From NCBI GenBank assembly GCA_973895155.1, contig OZ316898.1, forward strand, positions 21,029,292 through 21,093,291: a stretch of 64,000 bases of DNA. Direction: 5' to 3'. Position numbers and translations under genes: made by a program. This stretch comes from Marsupella aquatica. Taxonomy: Eukaryota; Plantae; Marchantiophyta. This document shows, in pieces, positions 37,069 to 49,424 of this stretch. The notes under the pieces are model-generated. The model was not told where the DNA came from. It made no database searches and saw only the letters and a program-made list of their open reading frames with translations. Numbering within the stretch: position 1 is the stretch's first letter; each line of letters opens with the position of its first letter.

Positions 37069-37841
37069 ATAGGTTTTAGGTGTGTGAAGTCCATAGATGG
37101 ACTACATGTATGGACTATATATGAAATCAGACTAATGGTAACACCCTATTCATTAAAAGTGTATATTATTTTGTTCACTTTTAGGCCTCTAAATGTTCAC
37201 TTTTTGGTCTCAAAATGTACACTTTTTAAACCCAAAAGGTACACTATGATGCAATACTCTACACCTAAATGATCAATTGTAAACCTGAGGGGGCAAAAAT
37301 GATCTTGACTGTAATGAGTCTCATCCTAGTTCATTTACAAAGGATGAACATGGTGGTACATTTGATGGCCATCAACTTTATTTCTTGCCCAATTGTACAC
37401 TTTTTGAAGGCCAAATGTACACTTTCTATTGCCCAAATGTTCATTAATTAAATAATAATTCACTTTTAATGAATAGATTGACTTTACCCATTTGTGCAAT
37501 TGGTGAATGCAGCCTGTGAAAGGAAGATTGTAGGGGTTGTCACATTCTGTGAATCCTTATGAGGAGGCCCAAAAGCGGAACATAGAGCATAATGTCATAA
37601 TTATGCGTGATCTAGGACTGGGGCCAGACTACATGCTGATGTGTGTGTTAATATGTCTGTTGCAAATTTGATTCAGTAGATGGAGTTGTCAGGTTCATGT
37701 TCTATTTTCATATTCCAGATTGGTCTCATACTATATAGTATGGATCCTGTACATAAGTACTAGTGTTACGGTGTTGTAGATTCATTTTGCATGTATGTTT
37801 GATCTGCATTGGTGTATGTTGATGATTGCTTTGTTCCTTAG

Positions 37842-40681
37842 AGGCCCAACCACACATGTACAACAAGAGAGAGGAAAGCCTACTTTGGTGAAAGGTACTT
37901 CATATTAACTGAAACATTGCCAAAGAGGAGGAGCTCTAGACTATCAGAAGTTACCAAGGTGAACATGGCAGAGTCTGGTGATGATGGCTATGGTTCTCCT
38001 TCTGAGTATGACATTGAGGATTCTGACATTGGAGGGTCAGAACCAGAGAGTGAACAACAGGTAATGCTTGAACTTCATCATCCTAATAGGAAGGGATCCT
38101 TGTCCCTTTTTCAAATTATATGTTGATATGCTTACGTTGTCCATGATGTAGGTACAGAAACAAAATCGTGGTCCTAAGAAGACTGGGCCTGGTGGAGATG
38201 GGCTGGTGAGATGTTGGAAAGACCCAGACACTGGACTCTTATATGAAAGTGAGTGGATTGTACTGTTCTACTTTTCAGGTGTGTTTGGAAGTTGATATTC
38301 TACTTGGAAATGAAATTAATTGAAGTGCTTTGGTGTTATCTGTTTGTTTAGTGGTTCCATCAGCATCTGAATGCAGATCAGGTCAATCTGATGTACTACA
38401 TTCCAGAGGATCTTCAGGTAATACACAATCTGCTCGTCATGCATATGCAAGTGCATTTGCTCAACTTTTCAATCATGTACATATTTTTTGATTGAATGCA
38501 TGTGTGTGCATTGCAGGCGGGGCCTCTGAGATGCGTAGGGAACGAAGGCATGCTAAGAAGTAGTTTGATAATACTGCCAAACAACAAAGGGATCGCGGAG
38601 ATTTGCCCAAACACATTAAAGTGAGTATTGTACTTTTTTTGAATGTAGATTTAGACAAATCTGATCCTCTCTGTTGTTGTGTGTATAAAACCTGGACTCT
38701 GCATAAATTCTAGAGTTATGAATTGACATTGTCTGTGAAATGCAGATTTATGACAATGATATTGATTATTCTGATGGCAACAAACAATACTGGCTAGAGG
38801 AACTTTGTGGCAACGTACTCAGAGTCTTTGATGTATCAAAGCCAAAATGGACTGATCATCCACAAGTTCATACAACCACAGTGTGGAATAACATGACAAC
38901 TGAGTGGAAGTATGTGGGTGGGGAAGTTATTAACACCAAATTCCAGAGTCATTGTCGTGGCATATTGAAGAGAGCGTCATAAAATGCATGTTTACTGGAA
39001 GAAAGTTTGTAATGAGGATCCAACCAAACCTGGGCCATCTGGTGTTGATCCAAAGAAATGGGCAGCTTTGGTATCTCATTTTACCAGTCCAGCATTCATA
39101 TCTTTGAGTAAACAGATGACTGATAAAAGAGCATGAGTGCAAGATACCTCTCACTTTGGAAGAGGAGGGCATGCTGTAGCAGCAAAGAGAATGGTAAATT
39201 GTCTATCATTTTCACTATCAATTATGTCTTGTTTGTGAATCTTGATGAAAACAGACTCTGTGATTCTCATTCATTGTGTGTTTGAACAGAAGTAGAAGAG
39301 AGGATCAAGCCCAGGTATATCTGACCTGAAAGAAAACCATGGTAGTCAGGGTTCATTGCCAAAGGTGACAATGAGCCCATCATTTGCAAGTGCAAAAGGT
39401 CAGACTGGTAGTTTTGTGGGAGCAAAGGTGAGCCCGTCATTGGCAAGTGGGGAGGGTAAAAGTGCTAGCTTACTGGGGCGAGGATACAGACATGGATCAG
39501 CCGTGAGTATTGTCATACCAATTTGATTTGTACATCATTCTCCATTTGACAGAGTGTTGTGTCGTTTGTAAGTTTGACAGTGAGAATGTTGTGTTGGTTT
39601 GTGGTTCATTTACAGACCCACATTCAAAAGAGGAGATCACTGCCATTGGGGCTATGAAATTGGATGTCGTTGAGTTGAAAGGCATTGTGAGGGAGTTGAC
39701 AAATATGATGACTATGTGGATGGCACATCACACCAGTCATGCACAAGTTCCAACGGTTGTGCCTAGTCATAGTAAGTTGACTACAGCTACCAAAGAAGGT
39801 AGTAGAAAGCGATCTCTTACTTTTTCAGGCGATAATGAAGGTAAAATTCTCTATCATGTATACACTGTCCATTCAATGTAATTATTGTGATGTGTATATG
39901 TCATTGTATGTTTATAATGTTCTTGCATGTTTTTAGTGTGATTATATGTTGCTGGTGTATACATGTTTGTTTATGCATTTCTTTTGTGTGTGTTTTATGA
40001 CAGCATCTTTAGGGGAGCCTCCTGTGTCGCAAGGAAGACCAACTGACATAGCTAATAGTACTCTGAAGCAAACTGAATTGGAACTGAACCTTTTGCCATC
40101 TAAGTTGCCCAAAGAAGCAATTTCAGATGCCTTTCACTTGCCAGAGGATAAGTCAACTCAGTTGACACCAGATGTAACCCCAGAATCATCTGAGTTGCCA
40201 AAAGAAACTCCTGTTCCAAGTGAGCAGGATGACACTCCATCAACTAGAAAGGGAAAGAAGAAAAGGAAGAAAGGATCCTCAGCAAATGCATCACCTGCAC
40301 AGAAGAAACTAATGCAGTCTCCTAACCCCATTGCAAAGGTAAATGTGTGTTTGATTTGAGTGTTCTTCTATCTTTCAATTTCTGTTTATTGCATTTTTAA
40401 CAAAATGTGTTGTTCACAGTTTGCAAGAGGAGATTTGGTGAAGATGAAGAGCGTTGTGGACAATTCCATGATAGTGGCAGAAGGTGAGGGTGACAAGGCT
40501 GCCAGGAGAAGATAAGTTTCATTGTGCAGATTTTGAAAGCCCTTTCTTGCAAGTGCGTGTAATTGAAGTGTTTGTAGATGTGGCATTGCCATTTGCCAAT
40601 GCAGGGGAGAACCAGTCTAAATTATCTGATGTGAAAGGGATGAATGCCCTATGGAACTCTAGATTGCTTAAGAAGCAATAG
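37842..40681 (+). pseudogene. CACTA second gene (TnpA/ORF2-like), multi-exon, degenerate
   Basis: Series of short GT..AG-bounded exons downstream of TnpD. The last exon IVAEG..H...LQVRVIEVFVDVALPF...LSDVKGMNALW resembles the C-terminal TNP1/EN/SPM-type domain. Boundaries approximate. Confidence 0.6.
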
Positions 40682-41039
40682 AAATAGGACTCTGTCATGA
40701 AACACTAGACATGATAGAATGACATCTCTGTTTTTCTATAAACATGCAGAGTGATTGGTATGTCAGGTTGTAACAATTGACAATCTAATATTATTGATGT
40801 CAATGTAATTTTGTTTCATAAATTTTCATTGAGTTCAATAGTTACTGTGAGACTTATGAAGGTATCTTGTATGAATGTCCATTGGATTTGTGATATATCG
40901 AATGTTTCTTTAAGTTTTCATTCAGCAAATCTATTGAATGGCTTTGTAATGTATGATTTTTGAATGACATGAAGTTTTATCTATCATGATCACTTAAATT
41001 TGAATTTCTCCAAATCATTGAATACTTCACCTGAATGAT

Positions 41040-41741
41040 TGGCTAGAATGACTGATGTAATGGTCATTATCCACAACTATCTTTGTGACCAATATGACTC
41101 AACTCTGGTCATTAAAGACATAGACTTAATGATTCAAAGAATGACATATACAATGACCGCTCTCATGGTCATTATAAACAAGTCCACTATGACTCACTTT
41201 ATGTCATTCAAGACATGTCATTAATGACTAATGTGTATCTTTATGTGTCTCCTCCCAATTGAACCACGTGTCTCAATATGACTTGTTTATACCGTAGTCA
41301 TTTTGGACACATCCAAAATGACCCAAATATATTGCCAAATGGTGAATCCTCTTTGAACCACGTGTCACTATTTGATTTGTTATATAATATACGTCATTTT
41401 GGACAAGTCCCAAATGACCAATGTTATTTGATTTTTGATTGCCATGTGTTGTTGTGTGATTGGGTACGGGGACCATCGACGGTCGACGGCAATTGACTGT
41501 CGATGGTGATTTGTGTCGTCATTTTGGACCGTTCAGCATTTATGACCATATCATAAAAATGGTCATTTAGGATAGTATGAAATGACCACATGTTTTAGCG
41601 TCATTTTTCCAAAAGGACCGAGACCAAAATGTCCGTTGTGACGCGTCTGGAAAGACGAGAACGAATGCGTCATTGTTTTGTTAAAAAGACCTGATTAATA
41701 GTCATTGTTTCCGTCATAAAATAGATTGTTTTCTACTAGTG
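41040..41741. repeat. CACTA right subterminal repeats and TIR
   Basis: Dense ATGAC/GTCATT motifs ending in TTTTCTACTAGTG. Confidence 0.8.
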
Positions 41742-42159
41742 CTCCCGGGGGGCTGCTCTATATACTCTCACACTGAGCCCAAATGGGTGGATACTACGCT
41801 GTTGGAGCCCCATCCCAGCCCTAACAGAGTCGCCACTATCTCTAACTACTGAACCCTAACTCACAGCTTTATTCTATCTCGAATTGGCTATGTACTTTGG
41901 ATTTGGCCCTCCTCCGTAGTTTTTGCGAGCTTGCGCCTCCTCTCACAATTTCTCTATTCAACCATCTGCTGTGTGGATAGCAGCGTTGGAAGCGGCTTGA
42001 GCTCCTCTTCCAACGAGGTCAATTATAGCCGATTTGGGCAAATGCAGAGAAAGTTATGCCCCCGCAACCGAGAGGGGGTATACACTATTGCGCTAACCCA
42101 AGTTTGACTATCCTATCTAACCCGAGTATAGCTAACCCATGGCCTCGGGCTAAGACGCT

Positions 42160-42420
42160 ATTCGTGTCCGTTGTCCGTGTCTGTTGTCCGTGTCTGTTGT
42201 CTGTGCCCATTGTCCGTGTTTGCTATCCGTGTCCATTGTCGGTGTTTGCTATCCGTGTTCGCTAACCTCTATCTGTATCCGTATCCGCTATCCGCTATCC
42301 GTGTCCATTGTTCGAGTCCGCTATCCGTGTTTGCTAACCTCTATCCGTATCCTCTATCCGTGTCCGCTAACCTCTATCCGTATCCATTATCCACTATCCG
42401 CTATCCGTATCCGCTACCTT
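42160..42420. repeat. Minisatellite (TATCCGTGTCCGCTAACCTC / TGTCCG-type units)
   Basis: Repeated TATCCG/TGTCCG hexamers with larger subunits. Confidence 0.8.
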
Positions 42421-45400
42421 GGGTTACACACTAACCCATCACACTAATAAGATCATATCTTTCTTAATACACCTCCGTTTTGAGAGTGTTTTATATCGAT
42501 TTTACTCGCCTTGACCAGATGTTTCCAATGCTCTTTACAGATCCAGATTTGGTGACATATTGAAAGAGATATGGTCGCCGACCACCCACGACATAGCTTT
42601 TTATTTCCCTAACATTCTAAGACTAGACTATGAACCACTAACCTAACTAACAAAATGAAGCTACATGTACCCAAGACATTCAGATTTCATCATGAGAACA
42701 ATCACCATACCACACAGCTTCATATTCAGCTATGGAGACTTGCTTCCTTGAATTACCACGCCTATCTCAGTACCGGTGTCTTGAAGAGCCTCCATGCTCC
42801 ATCTTGCTTGTCAAGAAGATGGTATGCTTGAAGAGTTGAATCCTCTCTTCCCCAGTTTCTCCTTTGTTGCCTTGACAGTGACTAACTCCACTATGTATGC
42901 CTTGGTTGTGCAGTCTTCAAGCTTAAATACCTTTATCCCTACTCTTAACGCCATGATTGCCCTTATTCTTGCCATCTTGCTAATTGTTATGCAATATCAA
43001 TAGCTACTCCTTGCATACAGCAGCCTAGTTAATCAGATTAAAGAATAAGGACCATGTCATCGGCATCACAAGTGGGATAGAGAAGACCAAGAAACGTCTC
43101 GTTCATGCTCACACCGACCTTTTTGGGATTGTTCATTGAATGCAAAAAGTGGAAGTTTAGTGCAGAACACAAACTTGACTGAACACACAACATAGGACCT
43201 AAAAACAAGCCACAAACATTGCCTGGATACTCAAATGACCATGCGCATTCCCGTTTACCAAAGTACTCCCGATCAATGGTTGTCATGACACACTAATAGA
43301 TCTATTATCCTGATGCACAGAGAATAGTGGTTGAGACAAACTGTGAAATTCATGGGAAGATGAGACAATCCCGCCCAATTAATATAGTCTCCAACCAATC
43401 ACGTTCATGATCTAAGGTGAGACATGACACACAACAATTGCTGATGCAGAGATCTTAGAATCGTCTCAATCCAAGGAATGAAACATCTCACGACATCATG
43501 TACAATGTTCACTTCATTCAACCATACACTGAATGCGTTACCTTCAGGCCAAAAATGGAACAGAGTCCACAATGGCTACCCAACTTGATGAAAGTTGTAG
43601 AGTATAACTTGTACTCCACGTCACAGCTCCAACCTCCATGGTCACTCCTCCCGGCGAGCTCTCAAGTCCTTGCAAAGGTCCTGAGAGGGCGAGAGTGTGC
43701 AATTTATGTCAAATTACATTGCGATACAAGGACCTATGAGCTATGGCTGGAGTTGGGACTTAGAAGCAGTGACTTGAGAGTCGGGAGACTTGAGAGCAGT
43801 GACTTGAGACCCTAAACCCAACCTCTACCTCACTCAGGAGAAAATGCAAAGTTGGCAATGTGACAATTGGAAGCTGAAGACACATGTAATGTACACAGTA
43901 GGCCACCAATGCTTGTAGCTCCTTCAACGATCGGAAATGATATTGGTGACAACAATGAAGTTGTCATTTTTGTATATTGAATCCCTAAACAACCCAATAA
44001 GTAGACAATTCATGCACGTAGCTCCTTCAATGGTTGACAGTGAATATATTCAGAGTCAAAAGCAAAGCTTGGACATGTGACTATGCTAGACGTTTACACG
44101 GGGGAGGATCTAGTTCACTTATGAGACCGCAGCTCAAACAGCTCAACTCTCTGTAACCGTAGCTCAAAGAGCTCAACTCTCAGTGACCCCAGCTCAAACA
44201 GGTCAACTCTCAGTGCCCGCACTTGAAACTCAATTTGCTGAAACTCAGAAGGTCAAAGTGACTATTGCATGAGTAAGAACACCCTTTACCTCACTGGTGC
44301 CGAAAGCTCTCACAGGGGCTGTCACATTTCTCAGAAGTACTCTGTCACTAAACAAGAAACATGTGAAACTTGACTCCAGCTCCGGCTCCAAGTAAACAAG
44401 CTGGACTGCCGCGACAAGTTCCTGGTTCCTAATCCTAGTTTGCAGCTGAACGTTGAAGCAACTCTCATAAAGCTTTTTATCCATTGGCAATCACTACCTT
44501 ATCATTTCAGCCTTATTATCTCATTGTGCAAACCTGGATGTCACGGGGCATCTTGGGAGGTGAATGCAGCTAAGCAAAAGCTACAACATCTATTGCAAGC
44601 CGGTTCATGCAGATGGCAAGTTAAAGTCAAGCTTGAAATACACTTACAGCCGGCCGAATGTCAATAGCGCTCACTGTAAAAGGTTGAGATGTTGTCAATG
44701 ACGGTAGCGCATTTTCTTATCCCTTCCACCTCACCAGTTGTAGCCCACACTCATGTTTAGAAAAATTTGCGCTGGTGAAACTTGGCCGGAACCTGAGTCA
44801 AAAACAGCTTCACAGCACAAAGAAGTCAACCAAACTTGCAGCCGCGAGGTCACATAGCAAAGATAGGGGATTGCAGCCTTACATGGGCTGATGCAGCACC
44901 AAGCCGCTCAAACTGAAGCTGCGTAGTAATCCGTAGCAGTATGTGAAGCTGAGCAACAATCCCCCGCTATTGCAATGTGATGGCAACTCAATCTTCAACT
45001 CACTTCCAACCCAGCTCCACTTGAAAGCCTCCTAGTCGGACTGCAATGTACATCCAAAGGCGATCAATGCAATGTCTCCAGGCCTGGAGTCCCACTTTGC
45101 AAGAACAGTCCAAATGCACACCAAACCGCAATGAGAAGCTCCTGGTTCTCGATCCCAGGTTGCAGCTGAACGTCAAATTGACTCTCCCAGCTTGAAGGAA
45201 CAAGTGCCTCCTACAGTGCCTTGCGCAGTGGCAAACGCCTCCTGCAGTGCCTCCCACAGTGCCTATGATCAATGCTAAACACATACAATGGCTGAATGTT
45301 GCCTACGACTCACATTCTGTTTTGTCTATGCAACACCCTAAACTCGCTCTTCTTGCCTCCTACTACTCCCATTGCAGTCGGGATTGCAATTTGTCAATGC

Positions 45401-46478
45401 AGCTTCAGCCTTAGTGATCGACAAACTGCCCCCTTTTTTCCCTCGCAAAGAATGCGCGATCAGCTCCTCGTCCGCAAATCCAAAGGAATCCAAGGCGCAA
45501 TGGGAGTTGGCGTGAAGGAATCCATTAAACCCTAAACCTGGTTTAATGTGCCCATATTTGTTTTCAACCGTCAGATCATCCTTTGATTAAGTTTACGACC
45601 GTCAGATCCTTGCTTGATTAATTAAGGTAAGGACTGTCACAAGTTCTTATGCTCATTCCATGAGCATAGTGTGTGGGGTGCCATTATCAGATATGTCTAA
45701 TTATAACATGTAGACATGCCAAGTACATGGAGGTTCCAGCTGCATTCCCAGTTCTTGGTGATTTTGAACCTTTAATTAAAGGAATCTAGATGGAACAATG
45801 TGTGGAGGGGGTACATGACGGTATGTATGCATGGCATGGCGTGCAATAAGTAAAAATAACCTGCCCTTGCATATGTGAGAGTTAGAGATAACCAAGGAGA
45901 TAACTTCAAATGTACCCATTTAGACACAAAAATGAGTCCAATTAATATTACATGCATGCCATTGTGGGACCCTAGCTAGTTGGGATTATTTTGTTATGTT
46001 GTAACACTTGTAAACTTGTGGCACACATATGTTGTAATTCAGTCTACTCTAATGTAGAGTATATATTTGAGATCTGTTAGCATTGACATTGACCAAGGAC
46101 CTTTACTTACCTTGTAGAGTTGCGTACTCACACAATATCCCGAGGGCATCTCCTTTAGTCCCATTGACAACTAAGAAAATTAGGATATATCCTAAATGGT
46201 ATGTGTTGGGCGGGGTCAAATGTGGTTAGATTGTGGTGTTAAACCCTAAGGCTCTCTTACATATATAACGCTCTATTGTAGAGGGAGTCACTTATACAAC
46301 TTCATTCTTGTTGGCTGAACTTAGTTATAGTTGCAACTTCCCCAATAGTTATAGAAATGACTTCCCAAGAATTCTCCAAAACTCAGTCCACAACTTGTAA
46401 CTATAATGACACCCAAAACCTAGGAGTCACAAATTTTGCAAGGTCTCATTAGAGTCACTTAAGGCAGGGTCTCAGAAT

Positions 46479-46497
46479 GGGCCGGTTTCTTCTAGTG
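46479..46497 (-). mobile_element. Orphan CACTA terminal inverted repeat (right end)
   Basis: GGGCCGGTTTCTTCTAGTG is the reverse complement of CACTAGAAGAAACCGGCCC, close to the left end at 59732 (CACTAGTAGAAACCGCCCC). Partner end not identified. Confidence 0.6.
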
Positions 46498-46524
46498 GTC
46501 CTCAAGCCCTAAACCCTAAACTCC

Positions 46525-47138
46525 GACCAGTACATGAATGCTTGAGCCCTCTGAAATGCAAGACACACCTGGTAGAGCTCCAAGGTGAAGTGCATAGGGA
46601 GGTATAGCAAAGGAATTTGTCAAGACACTACAACATATTTGACACTTTTGCGAAGGCAATTTTGTCGACCCTCTTGACTTTCCAATGGGCGGGCTTGGCA
46701 TAATTTGCGAACTGAACTGCATTGCACTTTGCGATTCTATCACTATCGTAAATGTCTCATTTGAAGTGAGTTGTATCGCTAAAAAGTTGCGAAGCATGTG
46801 GGCTTGCACTTTTCACCGAAATGCTCAGAATGGAAAGGCGGCTTACAAAGATGCCACAACCGCTCGACAACTCCGAAACCGATTCATAAAAATATTTGCA
46901 AAGTTGTGTGGATTGCAAATGTTTTGCACGAGTTTGTGCTTCAAAAGTTTAAGAAGGTGGATGGATGGCAGTTTTGCAAAAAGCGGGGAATATGAAACTT
47001 GTGATTAAAAACAGGTTGCAAAGCTGAGAAGTGAATAGTATGGACCAGTACATGAATGCCTGAGCCCTCTGAAATGCAAGACATGTCTGGTAGAGCTCTG
47101 AGGTGAACTGCATAGGGAGGTATAGCAAGGAATTTGTC
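46525..47138 (+). repeat. Pair of ~96-bp direct repeats (46525-46621, 47043-47138)
   Basis: GACCAGTACATGAATGC(T/C)TGAGCCCTCTGAAATGCAAGAC...GCATAGGGAGGTATAGCAA(A)GGAATTTGTC occurs twice, 518 bp apart. Confidence 0.85.
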
Positions 47139-47499
47139 TACACGCCCTCAAATCAATTGCACCACCCCTATGCAGGATAGTGAATGCCCGAGCAGTCTGA
47201 ATTGCAAGACACACTCCAACAAAACAAGACCCTATGCATGATAAGTAGTCCTCAGTACATTTGGGTTACACTGAAGGGAGCATAAGTGGGTTCAGGGGTC
47301 CAACAGATTTGGCAAAACAGGTCGCCCTACGACTGAGGGCCAAGCCAGATGCGTGAATAGGACAATTCCTTTCGAGCATTTTACAAGTCTTTTGTTCATT
47401 TTTGTGTACTCAAGGGCATAGTTCAGGTGTGTAGTTGTCAATATAGATCAAGTGAAGTAAAGGAGGTTTACACTTTCTTCAGGCTGAGCTGAAGCTGCC

Positions 47500-48190
47500 A
47501 TGAGCAACTTCAACCAGGCACAGAATTTTTTGGGATGCCTTTTCAAAGAGGCTCATAAATTCGTGGCAACTTATGTGTAGGTGGAGCCGGGGGCAGAACT
47601 AGGACGAGCTGCAAGAGAGAGGCAAGAGTATATCAACTGTGGCAGTTGTGGAAGACAGTTTTTTGGGAGGCGAGCTGATCAAGATTTCATTCCTCTGCGC
47701 TCCCACAAGGAACGAGCTTGACCAGCTATTATTGTGCAAGGGCAGTGTAGTAGGCATAAAGGCCGTCATATACAGGAATTCATTCCTCTGCACTCCCACA
47801 AGGAACGGGCTTGACCAGCTATTATTGTGCAAGGGCAGTGTAGTAAAGGGCCGCCATCTACAGGTTTACCGTTCAAGCATTGGAAGCCATCACGGACTAC
47901 TGTAGCTTGGACAAACGAGATCGTTCTTGGAGACGAATTTAGGACACAAGGAATGGAAAGGTAGGAGGTAATGCTGAGGCGTCTGGGGCACCAAAGAAGG
48001 CTAGTTCCGCTTAATCAGTCAAATAGCCAGGCAACAGCAACACCAAGCCAAAAGGAGCCAAAACCAGATCCTGAGTTTGAAGCAACAGTGGAGACTTCAC
48101 CACAAGACGATGATAAGTGGTTGGGCTCAAAGCATTCCAGTGGTTTTGCAGATGCAGTAGGGTTTTGCCTCATCGGCCATTTCCACACTT
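47500..48190 (+). pseudogene. Old, diverged fragment of the unclassified element's ORF (N-terminal part)
   Basis: MSNFNQAQNFLGCLFKEAHKFVATY and FLGGELIKISFLCAPTRNELDQLLLCKGSVVGI match copy B MSSVNQAAHFWGCLFERATEYIKTY and FLGGELIKDEFLWTPTSNQLDDLLFCKDSVVGI. Internal ~65-bp duplication; no termini seen. Confidence 0.8.
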
Positions 48191-49424
48191 GCTAGCAAAA
48201 ATTCCTGTTTGCTCGCATCATACAATACCTCATTGGTTGAGTTTTGACTGCCAACAATTGAGGAAAACAACTCACATTGACATTCCATTGTCAAGAGATG
48301 CACAAATTAAAGTTCAAGATTGATTGCTGCCTGGACTGATTACGTTAGTTCAAAGGAAGAATGGTGTCCTTCCACCACACATCTTCAACATCATTCTCAC
48401 CCAAGAAAATTCAAACCCAAAAGAAGAGATAACAGATTAATCTCTCTTAAGACCTCCTTCTCCAAGATGAATCGATTTTCTTGAGGTAGGCATGGGCCCA
48501 GCAGAAGCAACAGACACATGCTAATCCACTATTCCTTGCAGAACTGTGCTCCTTCTCCGTTCACGTGCACTGTCTATGAGCTTGCAGATTTCTATCATGC
48601 CTCAACGTAGCAAAATTTCTACTGCGAATACAGCCCACTTTCCTGCCTTGTCCGTTGACCCTTGACGATAGCAGTGTACAGTGCATCATTCTCATTCTCA
48701 CATAATTTGAGGACTTACTCCTTCTCTAAAGCCGGAGTAGTTAACATGCTTTAGAGCACCTTTCACGACTTATCTTGTGAATCTGCGAAACTCAGAACAG
48801 TTGAGTTGCGGATGGAACTCTTCATATTGGTTGAATTCAACTGTCGACGACTAAGTTCGAAGCAGAAGAACACGGCTACCTTCCTAGAATTGAATTGTCT
48901 AGTCTCCCACCTACATCATCAAGCTGTATCAGATCTGGACACATCGGAGGAGCCAAGGCTTTCTCTCCAAGTCAATTAACTCTAAAACTGATTGCTTAAA
49001 GTTTTATGATAGTGGAGGTTGCCATCAGCGAATTTTATCTTCATGCCCTTATTTTACCGTCTCATGTCAGCAAAGTGAGTTCCCTTCCAGTACTATGTTC
49101 ATGGCAAGGCAGCTACTGTATGCAAACCCTTCTTCTAATCTAACAACAAAATGTAACGAAGAAATCAACAAACTTTCTACATAGCAGGCTAAGAGCTTGA
49201 TTTCACGGATCTACGATTTCGACTCTCCACTAAACTCGCGTAACATTTCTCTTACATGAACAGGTCTTTCAGCCAGAAGAGTGCTACTTACAACTCCTAA
49301 TTGCAGAATCTCAAATTAATGTTACAGAATTGCAGCAACGAAAATCTGACCTGTATCTGCACAGCCAGCGAGTACTGCTGTAGAGTCACTTTCCAGCCAG
49401 CCCAACACAGCTTTCAGTCTGGAT

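Larger units (their letters stand above)
8481..41741 (+). mobile_element. Large CACTA (En/Spm) DNA transposon carrying nested insertions
   Basis: Left end CACTAGAAGAAAATAG at 8481 and right end TTGTTTTCTACTAGTG at 41741. Dense ATGAC/GTCAT subterminal motifs at both ends, and TnpD- and TnpA-like genes inside. The 3-bp flanks (TAT / CTC) do not match, so the two ends may belong to different copies. Confidence 0.7.

Noticed and set aside
8481-46497. Pairing the 8481 CACTA end with the 46497 end
   Set aside because: The TIRs are similar but the flanks (TAT / GTC) do not match, and the ATGAC subterminal pattern fits the 41741 end better; unresolved.
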